A DNA stretch of 64,000 bases, taken from Owenia fusiformis. Lineage: Eukaryota. The notes beneath the pieces were generated by a model, which saw only the letters and a program-made list of their open reading frames with translations, made no database searches and was not told where the DNA came from. The position numbers and the translations under genes were made by a program. Numbering within the stretch: the first letter of the stretch is position 1; each line of letters begins with the position of its first letter. Location of the stretch: assembly GCA_903813345.2 (NCBI GenBank), contig CAIIXF020000001.1, forward strand, positions 19,096,001 to 19,160,000, in the 5' to 3' direction. This document shows, one piece after another, positions 49,523 through 61,758 of the stretch.

Positions 49523-51090
49523 GTAAGAGTCAATAAATATTCTTCATTTAATGCTTTACCAAAATCATTTATGTTTGGGGAATTTAATATTCTGGTACTA
49601 CCCCAATATTGATAAAATGATTACAGTAGTTGCCCGGATTTCATCTTCATACATAATTTGTAGGAGACATATTGATGTTATGATGGGAACTTATCCAGGA
49701 TGTCATTTCCAATTAATATTTCACTGGTTAGAATATATATGAACTTTCTCAGGTCAAACAACCTGGATGCCTCAAATATTATAAATAATACATCATGTAT
49801 TCCCATTAGGAGGATTTGTTAAATAAACTTGTAGATCTAAGATATGTTTCACATTGATTTTGATGTCAATTGCTCATAAAATGTATCTAAAGATGGAATA
49901 TACCTTATATTAAAATATGTGCAAAGTCTGAGGTCTTATAAACAGTGCTAAATATGCATTTTAGCAAGTGTTCTGTTCTGGAATAAATACTTAAGCTGTA
50001 GATATACATGAGAATTCAACCAATGTCAAAATACTTCATCGCCAATCAGAATTACACTGCCTCGATTATGTGTTTTCTTAGTAAACATAAGTTGTGTATT
50101 TATGATATGTGGGAAAGAAAATATGTGTAATGAAGTAGTTAGTTCAGCATGTGTAGATTTCTTATTTTATCTCCATGGCATTTTTGGCAAGGTAACCATG
50201 ATATATTTTTGAGTGTTGAAGCATGAATTGCCTGATTTATATGCATGAATCTACTGGATATATATTTGGGCGACTTTAGAAGTATAAATATCAAGTTATG
50301 GAAGAATGGGAGAGTGGGAGGAGTAAGCAATGATTTTGGATATTTGATTTTTGAACCATTACAAAATTAACTTAGTTTTTCACAAATTGATGATATTTAG
50401 ACATTATCTTAAAGGTTTCTAAAATGTTTCGCTAAACTGACTCAAGAATGAGTTGAATGTATAATTTATAAGTTGTTAAGATCTGTTTTATTGGTTGTAT
50501 AATACACCAAATTATTGCACCCTAAAGTGACATTGACCAATATAAGATAGTCGCCATGGCAAAACAAATCATGCTTATCTTCTTAAATTGAATTCCTTAT
50601 TTCATGTAGATGCTCTAGTTCCCTTATTCTTTGTTAGGACTGTATCTTGTTCTATAAGGGCATTATGATAACGTCTGTCACTCATGTTGCGAGTTGAAAT
50701 GAAGATATGATGACTATCAAAATATATCATATTCCTTTTTCTATCTTGAGAATACATAAAACTTGAGAATACACAAGCAGATAATAAATGTACGTGTATA
50801 TCTCATAAAAAAGCCCCTACCTTGAACAGAAAGATTCATCAAATAAATCAGAATATCCCAATAAAGTTCTCAACTTTTACTATTTTCAAATTGTGCCATG
50901 CTCTGTAATGATTACACCTGTTGTTTTGTTGCCTTAAAACAACTGCTATAGCAGAACTGGTAGTCATGTTATGCCTCACTGTTTTCTTGAATTAATCTCA
51001 AGAGATGAGCCACGAGCCTCTTTATCTCCATTTGAATCAATTCAAAGTTCTTAACTTTTAGTATATACATTATACCAAGTGCTATAATGT

Positions 51091-51302
51091 CAGGCCCGTA
51101 GCCAGGATTTGCCAAGTAGGGTTTACTTTTTGAAAATTTCCAGGGGGGGGTTCACTTTTGACAATTTTGGTTCAAAAATGGCCAAAATCACTTAAAATGT
51201 GCTCAGAATGATGAAAAACTGCATGATTTTGAAGAATTTTTGACCAGGGAGGGGGGGGGGAATTCACTCGAACTCATGGAACCCCCCCTGGCTACGGGCC
51301 TG
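51091..51302. mobile_element. hAT-like MITE with 5-bp TSD (second family)
   Basis: Perfect TIR CAGGCCCGTAGCCAGG, TSD AATGT. Confidence 0.85.
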
Positions 51303-52109
51303 AATGTTAACACCTGTTGTTGTTTTGTTTCTATGGCATTGAGGCTTAAAGAAAGGAATGAGCAAATTGTGGCTTGCTTCAGCAGGCATGTGATTAGAAG
51401 TCTCCTTGTTGTTTTATCAATGAAGCCGTTTTGTAACACTCTACTGCCCAAGATGATTTGATTAGGGCATAAAGATAAATAAAAGAGATATTTCCAAAGA
51501 AAAAAGTTCTATGCTTTTATAGATCTTTAGATTTTAGATTTTGGAAAGTTTTTTGAGAGAGTACAGACCATGGTGCTACATTTCTGTTCAATTGTTTAAA
51601 TGTCTATTTTGGATATAGGAATAAAAAATTATGTAACATATGTATTAATCAATTAGAAATTGATTTTGCCGATCCTTGTCATGGAAACCTTGCATGTGAG
51701 TTTCTTGTCATGACATGTTGGCTGCAGAATTGATAGCAACATAGATTAACACACATTTTTATGTCTTCTCTTTATCGAAATTGATAATATTGCAAGTCAA
51801 TAAACTTCCTCTGTGATCATACGATATCTTGTTTTATATTTATGTTGACTTGTTCAACGGCAAGTGCTTAACTATCAAGCCCATAAACGTAATAGGAAGC
51901 AATATTTCATCACTGCTTTATAATAAGACAGCCCATAAGAAGATTGCCTTGTGATGATCACTTTTCTTATTATCACTTTTAAAAAGTGCTATATTATGAT
52001 AAGTTCTTGCTGTTATGTGGGTGGGTGAGTGGGTAGGAGAGACAGTGAATGCCCTCGCATTTAGAGGTCCCAAGAAAGGAGTATGCCTCACAGAGCAATT
52101 TTACCTGCT

Positions 52110-52365
52110 ATGTAAGTCATATATCTTCGATGAGAGAGAATGTCATCTTCAATGAAAGTAATAGCATCTTCCAAAGTAATATCACTTTGAATACAATGAA
52201 TACCTTTGATAAAAGTACTGCCACCTTCGATGAAGCAATATCACATTTGATGAAAATAATATCACATTTGATGAAAGTAATATCCTCAAGTAATACACCT
52301 CAACCTTTGATTAAAGTAACATCACCTTTGATGAAATAAATATCACCTTATTTGAAAGTAATTTT
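52110..52365. repeat. Degenerate ~21-bp minisatellite
   Basis: Recurrent ATATCAC(A/C)TTTGATGAAA(G/A)TA units. Confidence 0.7.
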
Positions 52366-52683
52366 ACTCATCATTATAAGCACACCTTCTAATCTACTAT
52401 CGAGCATACCTTAGCGCCATTACCATGCTCAATATGTTCAATATTTGGTTCATTCGTCATTTTTTAATTGAATAAAAAAGCCGATCATTTTGCTGTAAGA
52501 GTCAGTGTGATAAATTATCTGTCAGTCCAACCTTCTACACAATATGCTTATCTGCTTCTTCCAGTGAGTCATGCAACCACCAACCATGCTAGTCACTACA
52601 TTATTGAGATGAATTGAAGGTTTTTTGTCAGATTACAAGTATCATAGGTCAATGTAACTTTGATTGGGTAGAAAGATATACGT

Positions 52684-54765
52684 ATTTATCCCATACTTGG
52701 ACGTGTTACAGGTACATAAAGCCGGTTTGTAAAATCTTTTATCCCATACTTGGACGTGTTATAGGTACATAAAGCCGGTTTGTAAAAACTTATATTTTCA
52801 TCAGCGGGCAGATATAGCTTTACGTCCCACTCCGAGCGGGCAGATATAGTATATCTACGCTACGTCATAATCGCCGCTCGCATATTTGTTCATAATTTGT
52901 AACAATATGGCCAATATAATATATTTTCCCTCGGGACCTGCGGCCCTCGGGCAAATATATTATATTTGCCTTGGGATAATCCCAATATCCTGAACCTCAT
53001 ATAGGATAATCTCTATATATTTTCATCAGCGGGCAGATATAGCTTTATGTCCCGCTCCGAGCGGGCAGATATAGTACAGGGTGACCGGAAAAAAGGAGAC
53101 CATTGAAATAGGCAATATCTCCTAAAATAGACTAGTGACATCAATGAAATTTTGCATACATCAGGACAGTTCTATGGAAATTTGTTCCTGAAAGTGTCAA
53201 TACAAGCAGTCAACTGGTTCAGGAGCTATGATCATTTACATAACATGCTCCAAATAGGCGCAATTGAGACCAACGCAGAGCTGGATACATTTGGCAAATA
53301 CCCTTACATATTCCGACCTTGTTATGGCATTACATTTAGCATTTATTGCCACCTTTAGGTCAGCAATTGTCTCAGGATTGTTTTGGTACACATTGTCTTT
53401 CAAATTGCCCCACAAAAAGAAATCAGGTGGATTCAAATTTGAGGTGTATGGAGACGAAGCTTATCTGACCTATGGCTTCTGACTCAGTGGTCCCACTCAG
53501 TTACAGTATCATCCTAAGGAGGTTTTGGGCAGCCCTTGGTTTTCATATGGGATTTAATTGTGCCATATAGTGGTTTTAGTAACATGGCACTATGCCCAAT
53601 ACCTAAAGTGACTCTTAAGATTTGGTAAATCAGCACTTTGGCAACAGGATGATGAACCACATGTCAGATAACCCTTCATTGCCATTACAGCCTAGACTTG
53701 AATCCTGCTGATTTCTTTTTGTATGGATATTTGAAAGACAATCTATACCAAAACAATCCTCAGACTATTGTTGACCTAAAGAAGGCAATCACTGCTATAT
53801 GTAATGCCATAATAATGCCATAGAGGGCAGAACATGTAAGGGTAGTTTGCCATATGAATCCAACTCTGCGTTGGTCTCAATTGTGCCTATTTGGAGCATG
53901 TTATGTAAATGATCATAGCTCCTGAACCAGTTGAATGCTTGTATTGAAACCTTCAGTAACAAATTTCCATATAACTGTTCCAGTGTATGCAAAATTTCAT
54001 TGATGGCACTTGTCTAGTTTAGGAGAAATTGATTACTTCAATGGTCTCCTTTTTTTCCGGTCACCCTGTATATCTGCCCGCTACGTCATAATCACCGCTC
54101 GCATATTTGTTCATAATTTGTAACTTTCGCGTAATGACTGTAAACGACAATGGAGAAAACACAGACTATCGGGATCTGTTTGATGGTCTAAAAAAGAGAA
54201 GGAGCATCCTCTTAATCAATCAAAAGATTCGAGAAAATAAATGTGGGAATATTTGAGAGAACAGGAAAATCCTCCTACGGCCAAGAAAACAAAACTGGAC
54301 ATGAATATTCTAAAATATTTCCACGATTGAACAATGTGAACCAGATGACCAAGATTGTTATGGGATAAACATATTATCCTATACCTGCGGCCCTCGGGCA
54401 AATATATTATATTGGCCAAGGGATAATCCCAATATCCTGAACCGACTATAGGATAATCTCTATTTATCCTATGGATACGAAATATATGGGGATAACAACA
54501 CAAGATAATTTTGGTATGCACCACTAAAATCGTATCCGACTGATATGACGTGATATCCAATCGTATCTGATGGATACTATTTTTTCATTAGTTTTGAATT
54601 TAGCGCCAAAAATTGTTTGACAAATAGCAGCCTTGCCTAATTGCCTAACTTCCAGAATATAGTTCCAAACATTATGTGCTCATTAAAGTGATGTAAATGT
54701 TTTCATGCAATCACTTTATTCCTCACTTTATCCCTCAAAAATCATAGGATATCCTCTATATCTAT
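52684..54765 (+). mobile_element. Tandem Crypton-like non-autonomous units (host of the Tc1 element)
   Basis: Repeated ends TATTTATCC(C/T)ATA ... ATAGGATAATCTCTA, hairpin around CCTGCGGCCCTCGGG (~52910-52970, partial copy ~54385-54420), and a peptide remnant EYLREQENPPTAKKTKLDMNILKYF at 54247-54321 resembling Crypton recombinase N-termini. Family call rests on recalled patterns. Confidence 0.55.
53077..54068. mobile_element. Tc1/mariner (DD37D/maT-like) non-autonomous element with long inverted arms
   Basis: TIR CAGGGTGACCGGAAAAAAGGAGACCATTGAA..., TA TSD. Transposase C-terminal remnants (LNPPDFFLWGNLKDNVY on minus, SLDLNPADFFLYGYLKDNLY on plus), one in each arm. Confidence 0.92.
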
Positions 54766-57700
54766 ATATCTAAAAATACCATACTCTCTTGTGTTTGCTG
54801 CTTAGAAAGAGAATCTTAGATTTACATGCTATTGTCATGCATGATCAATTAGGTCTAACTGTCATCCTTATGCCCTCCTAAACCCAAAGTGTATTTTAGA
54901 TTCAAACATGACCATGCTCTAATTGAATTTTTCAATCAATCAGAATGCAGCATAGCCAATAATGAAAGTTCTCTATTCATCCATAGATGCCCCGATCTTG
55001 CTCTATTCAATCATCTTGGTATCTATATATTGTGACGTCACACCTATGAGTGGTGAAACAAACAGCAAGTTTGGTTATTTTATAGACCCCCAATCTCCAA
55101 TTCTCTGAACAATGTTTTCATTTTTATGTTTGAATCGGAATAAATATTGGTAGGCCATTCAATATGGTGAAATTTTACACTTGTTAAACAGAATGTCGGT
55201 ACAAATGCACTCACCCTCGGTTCGTGCTTTGTACGACTTTCTGTCCAACTTGTGCCAAATTTCACCATATTTCACCATTATTTATTCCTTAAATCACCTT
55301 TTGAGACTTACAGGTCACAGTTTGATGAAGGAGTGTGCTTCTATGAGTACATGTCAGTTAACTTCCTTTGGTTTGTTTTGACTTTGAGTCATTTGATCAA
55401 CTTGTTTTGATATCGTTCTTCAGAGTGCTCAAGAACTCATCCAAAAGGAAATGGAAGTACAAAGGGCTGTTCTGCTTCCAATACATACATGTACATGTAT
55501 ATTTGCCCCTTTAATCTAAAGATCATTTTTTTGATTGAGATTACATTAAATCAGAAAATGTTGTTAGTAGTTGATGACATAGATTTTTTGTATATAAGTA
55601 ACTAACATTTACCCAGGACAATCGCAAAAAAATAGTTCTACTAATGACGTCACATGGACCATAAACGTAACATATACTATGAAGTACATTGCATAACATT
55701 GTATATGTTCCTGAAGTGGCAGATTTACATAAAGGAAGCATCTGTTACAAATTTCATGTAAAAATAATAAAATCTCTTCTCTCGAGAAGAAAGTCTTTTT
55801 AAACGACCCTATCACTTTCATCTGTAAAAAGGATATTAATAGCTCTCTAGAGTCTTGTGTGTTGAGGAAATTGGATGACCTTTTCTTGAAGCAAGCTCAA
55901 AGTAATGATGCAATTTTCTGTGCTATACTTATACTTTGCTTCAAATCATTCTGGTCTGTTGTAAATCAAAGTCGCTTGATAAAATAAAAAATAAAATTAA
56001 TCGAGATATCTAATAAATTATGTATGGATTTATAGTTGTATCCACTACAGTGATATAAATCATTGAACTTTGATTCATCCTCTTAGGAATTACTGACCCA
56101 TTTTTCCATTCTATTTCTTGATGAAAATCAGCGATGTTCATTTTATTTTATTGTTACTGCTGCAAACTCTTTTCAGATAATGGTACACTCCTCACCATCC
56201 CAGTGAATCTAATATGAATGCAAGATGTCATTGGGTAAACACTTTAGAAACTAATTTTATCATTTCCTAATGAATTTATTTTTAATGTAAATGTTATGAG
56301 TTTATGGTACTTTTAGTGAAGAAATGACGATATGATACTGAAATACAGAGTTTTAGAGAGTTGAGACTGGAGAGGGGTTCAGCACAGCAAAAAATAATGA
56401 GTTGAAATCGTTATAATATTTTTATCACTTACACCAATATAGAACTGATGAAGAGATATTGTGATGTGCCAATCAGGCTTTAATAGAAGATGATGTATGT
56501 TCATTGATCAAAGTCCGAAAATCAACCTGGAAATAGAATTCTGAGAAAAAACATATTTCCCGTGATCTTATTAATTTAATCCTACTTTCATGAGGATGAA
56601 TATTTTTCTATGAAAATACTATTTCAATATTGGCGCAGGCATCACTCGCACATTCTTTCACTAATTTGATTAGCATTCCCATTAAACTGCAGTAAATCAT
56701 GATTAACGCTGAAATCAGTTTATAAAGAAGAAGTAAATGCCAGGCAATATTTATTGAAAATCAGTGTTCTCGACAACCCTTTTGATTTGTTCCGTATTTC
56801 TTGTTCTGTATCATAGAATAAAGAAAAGGGTAACTTCTTTTTTGTTGTTTTCGAAACACATAAGTGAAAACTGTTTTTGGACTGTATTGGACAGTTGTAT
56901 GGTTTCCCGTTTCTGGTGTTTAAAAAATCAAAAGGATCAAGAAATTACATGGCTGTCGAAGCATTTTATATGAGAGCAAGAGAAGCATGATGTTTTTGTC
57001 TGAGGCCCATCTGGTTTATATTGAAGTTCTTCATCTGTGCTGTGAAATGGCAGGTAGACTCATGCACCTTACTGGGTTACTTCCGTGTCCTACATTTTCT
57101 TGATACATATCTGTATGATATAGTATATGTACAAGTTGCTGGATAAGATACATCCCAGGCTATCACTTCGAAATAAATTTAAAATCTTGAAATTTGTTTA
57201 AGAAATTAATTTATGAGTTATATTGGTGGCTTAACAAGATTGCCTCTTTTATTTTTAAATGTTGGATCTGGGTATCTTGATCTATTGAGGCATTTTATGA
57301 CCGCACGAAATGGTAGATGAGGTAGTATTGGCTGGTTGCCTTCTGGTCCTGTCATGGTGTTTCATGCAACTACATCCACATATGTATTGTGTATATTTTT
57401 AAGGCAAGAGGTGAATGTTTTAAAAATATACCTGAATACTTCTTATTTTGGAAAGACTGTGAGTTGTCTTTATAGACTCCACTTTATTGAGGCAAGACTC
57501 TGTATCATACCCACCTTTATAATCGGGACAAGTTAATGGTTTGATTCTGAGAGTTTCATCAACTAGGCTTTGGACCCATTCTTATTGGTAAATCTTACAT
57601 CTTTTACTTATATATTTCCTATAATTGTTTATCTACATCAACTTGTTGGGTTTTCCTTGAGTCAGCTACATGTAACATTGCATTTATGAATTGATTTTTA

Positions 57701-58081
57701 GATTTCTGAGAATATTAGATATACAGTTTATGCACAGTTGTCATTAAGACAAATAATGTTATTTCAGATGTTTCTTATGCAAACTTTTCCCATTCAAAAT
57801 CAATTTGATATTAGTTAGTTTCTTGAAAAGGTAATCTATCAGTACTGACAGAATATGGATTTACTTAAAATGATAATTCAAGGGTTTTACATTATTGAAT
57901 TAGAACCTCCAGTTAATGAATGAAGGCAGTATCATTATTACCATCTTAAGTGGTGACATGTTTTATAGCCACCATTTTTGTGACAGGCATTCAGGGTCAG
58001 TGTTTGGCATTGGTATCTGTAACAAATTGTTACACTTTTTATAAGTGTAACCAGGTAGTGACACTGGGTAATGGTAGTGTA

Positions 58082-58935
58082 TTATTATCCCATCGAACGA
58101 AGTTCGGAGGGATATAGGGAACGCCTCCGTCCGTCCGTCCGTACGTACGTACGTACGTCCGTACGTACATCTGTACGTCCGTCCGTCCGTCCGGGCAATA
58201 ACTCAAATACCATTGGCCCGATTTTACTCATATTTTGTACACATATACCCTATGGGGGTAGAAGTTCTGCTGGAAAGCTGATTTGCAAAATGGCCGCTCA
58301 TTTAAAAATGGTGGCCATTTTAGTGCCGATTTTACAGTAATTTAGGTGCAATATGTAAAACTGTAATAGCAATATGTTTTAAATGTAAAAAAATTATATA
58401 GGACATTAATAAAGCTAGAAATGTAGATATTAAAAAAGCACATGGCAGCCATCTTGAAAAATGGCGGCCTTTACTCGTTATTTTACGATTTTTGCTGTAA
58501 CTCGAAAAGTAGTGGAGCGACTTTGTTCATATTTGGTATGTGAATACTATAGGTATGGCACACTGTCTAATGACACTTTTGGTAGAAGGCGGCCATTTTG
58601 AAAAATGGCGGACATTTTGAAAAATGGCTGCCATTTTAACTTATTTTACTATAATTCGAAAAGTAGTGGAGCGATTTTGTTCATATTTGGTACGTGAATA
58701 CGTTTCAGCATGGCACACTGTCTAATGACACTTTTGGTAGAAGGCGGCCATTTTTCAAAATGGCCGCCATTTTAACGTTTTTTACTATAACTCGAAAAGT
58801 AGTGGAGCGATTTTGTTCATATTTGGTATGTGAATATTATAAGCATGGCACACTGTCTAATGTCACTTTTGGTAATAGGTGCCCATTTTGAAAAATGTTC
58901 GATGGGATTCGCTACGCTTTGGCGTTGCTGTTGTT
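58082..58935 (+). mobile_element. Helentron-associated interspersed element (HINE/DINE-1-like)
   Basis: subTIRs ATCCCATCGAAC (58087-58098) and GTTCGATGGGAT (58897-58908), inner inverted repeat, (CCGT/ACGT)n microsatellite, three internal ~140-150-bp repeats, 3' stem-loop and T-rich end. Confidence 0.85.
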
Positions 58936-61061
58936 CTGGTTCTGTCTATAAAACTGAAGGTTGAGAAGACCTGTTATAACACTGATTCTATTCCGTAAAT
59001 GCAAACAATTTCAGCCTGTTATATCATGGATTATCACTTTTTCCTGACCATGAAGACAAGCATCTTGATTCATTCATTAACTCAAAGAAAAGAATGTACA
59101 TGTTCAATAATAATTAAGTCAATTGGACTTGAGGGTGTGAGGGTGGGGTGCAATCAATCTATCAACATACTTTTTCAATGACGTTTTTACAATTTCTAAT
59201 TGGCGCGAAAACTTTATTCTGTTCATTGCTAAAAGATCGAATTTGGTCTAATAAGATAAGTTTCAATTTCTGGGTATATCACCAGTTGTTTCAATACCAA
59301 GAGATATATCAGTGACGGTTTTATCCAACTGAATGAGGTAGAGAGTACAATGTTTTAGTACTTACGGAGAGGAATTGAAGAATAGATCAAGCCATTCTCT
59401 ATAATAAAGGCCATTCAATGAACGTACAAGTATTGCAATTGGAGGGTTAATATGATGCTTCATGTACAACTGACACTAATGTATGATATGCTTTTAGGCA
59501 AATGTAGAACAATAGGACAAGTAGAGTATCACTGGCATGATATCGAACAATCCTTTTAATTGTAATTATTGTGTCAATAGCAGCTTGAAACCGCCAATAT
59601 TTGTATTTTCTCCTGGCAGTGGTTTATTATTCTGTTTAGTTCAGTCAACTTGGTAACAATTCATCTACATTGTATTTGTTGCATCAAAAGCAGTTAGAAA
59701 GGAACAAGATTAATGCTCTTGGGGCAAGGGATCGTTCATTAATGCTTTCATTATTTCCTGTACAAGTGCTAAATTATGATTGTTTTGTGCCACTGGGTAG
59801 GGTAGTTGGAAGATGGTTAATCATGCTTGTTAAAAATCCATGCCTAAATACAAACAAACCATTCTAGAGATTCCAGGAATGAAATTTCAAACCAGCTACG
59901 ATTATTTAGCATGTTAATTGTTAGGTAAATCAGGGATGCTTGTTCGTAAAAAATCGAGGCCTCATTATATGTGCTTAAAGTGTAATATTTATCACTCTCT
60001 GTCTTGATTAGCTCTTGTTAAGCTAAATTCAGTAAATCTTAGAAATTGGTCTATTTCGAGCTACAGGAACTCATAAACGTAGTGTAATATGTAATAGTAA
60101 CGAGGCTTTTCAGGAAAGAGACTACAGCGAGAAATTGCTCGCGAGAGACATAATGGCCCTCGGTTGATCCAGCACAGATTAAAGGCCAATTGTTATTGCT
60201 CTTTTGTGTGAGCCTCTTGAATTAAAGATGCTCATTCCAAGAGAATGAAAGAAATTAGGTGTATTTATTGATCAAATCAGCCTAGAAACACTAAAAAGTG
60301 CCTTAATGTTTCATCATGTTTAGATAACTGCTTGATATTTATAATAAGGAAAAGGTATCACTTTCACTTGTTTTGTTTATCATATAGATTGAATTTGTAT
60401 TATTAGAAGTGCATCAAAAGAAACAACGCCCTGCTGAAGAATTGAATTAGAATGATATATTCGCTTTCATCATTGTTTTATTGATATTTCATGTGTTTAA
60501 TTCAGTATAAATTGGTAACCTTTGGCGCCTTTGGGTTATGGTGGGTATTGAAATATCTAAATGATGCTACCTAAAATACATGTGTTCTGATTGAATATTA
60601 TATCAACTATTATAAAAAGGACAAGTTTCTGGTTTGGTTCTGGTTTTCCCACTTCCTATACATGTCATGAAATACATGTTTGCTTCACTCGTTGATGTAA
60701 TTTTTACCCTGGTAAACCATTGTGGAAAATCCTGGCTAACCAAAAGATATCTTTCATAGAGGCTTCTTCATATAAAGAAGTAAAGAAAAACATTGGCTTC
60801 AATGACCACTGCTGAGTCAAGGGAAACTAACAGTTTTCACATTAACATTAACATGTTGTTTGTATGTAACCATGGAAATCAATATGTTTTCCATAAGAGA
60901 ACTGAAAAACTTAAATTGTTGGAATGTTTACTTTTAGAGAGCTGATAACATCTAAGTATCTCAATGCCAAATGTCATTGAAGAAATAATGAATAGTTAGG
61001 AAGATAAACTGTTTTTTATGTAACTTCTGTATTTTACTATTCAATTTTATTTTATTTTCAG

Positions 61062-61256
61062 GTGGTGATGGGAAGATCGGCAAAGTTCTGGATATCAGGG
61101 GTTGGGACACAGAATCAGGTCGAAGTGTCGCTAATGTCACATGGGCTTCAGGCTCTACCAATGTATATAGGCTTGGTCACAAAGGCAAGGTTGACATCAA
61201 ATACGTACAGGAAGCCACAGGGGGAACATATTATAAGGACCATCTTCCTGTATTAG
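61062..61256 (+). CDS. mib2: MIB2 exon, remainder of second Mib/Herc2 domain
   Basis: (G)GDGKIGKVLDIRGWDTESGRSVANVTWASGSTNVYRLGHKGKVDIKYVQEATGGTYYKDHLPVL(G). TTTCAG acceptor, GTGAGT donor, phase 1. The ORF track shows a different frame. The preceding intron is 25.2 kb. Confidence 0.96.
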   Translation: MVMGRSAKFWISGVGTQNQVEVSLMSHGLQALPMYIGLVTKARLTSNTYRKPQGEHIIRTIFLY

Positions 61257-61282
61257 GTGAGTAGATTTGAAATCAATTACTG

Positions 61283-61414
61283 TTTTTTATGTCACCACTT
61301 TAAGTGTTGACATATCGTTATGGTCTCCATCTTTTTTCTGACAGCATATGATGGTGGGTGGCCGGTGCCTGTAACAAATGGCAGGTTGTGACATTTTGTA
61401 TGTTAATGCCTTGT
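61283..61414 (+). mobile_element. Minimal ~130-bp HINE-like repeat; related copies at ~35945-36054 and ~57935-58064
   Basis: 5' hairpin ATGTCACCAC..GTGTTGACAT and shared core CTGTAACAAATGGCAGGT(A/T)GTGACATTTTG...TTAATGCCTTGT. Confidence 0.6.
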
Positions 61415-61487
61415 CTTTCTTGTCAGTATGTTATGTTGTGTTATCTTCTTTATTTTTTCTAAAAGGTATTCAACAAATAATTACTTA

Positions 61488-61758
61488 TGTCAGGTAAATG
61501 ACACTTTAATGAATGTTAATTCACGGGAATGTAAAAATATGATAGAAACATCATCCACATTCTGTAGAATTGTAGAATTCCTGAATTTTGTTTTTCCTAG
61601 ATAAACATTTAGATTCTTATGGCTATTCAACAGATATTTACTAATGTCAGATAAATGACACTTTAATGAATATATAATTGACATGACCTTTTTAAAGAAT
61701 AGATAGAGACCGGCACATTCTGTAGAAATTCTGAATTTGTTTTCCTTGATAAACATTT
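61488..61758. repeat. Imperfect tandem duplication (~155-bp period)
   Basis: ATGTCAG(G/A)TAAATGACACTTTAATGAAT...CACATTCTGTAGAA...GATAAACATTT occurs twice. Confidence 0.75.

Noticed and set aside
58071-58340. ORF with RPSV/RTSV repeats
   Set aside because: Translation of the HINE microsatellite.
60100-60240. Enhancer-like CpG patch with CTCGCGAGA
   Set aside because: Short motifs only; cannot be supported without conservation or chromatin data.
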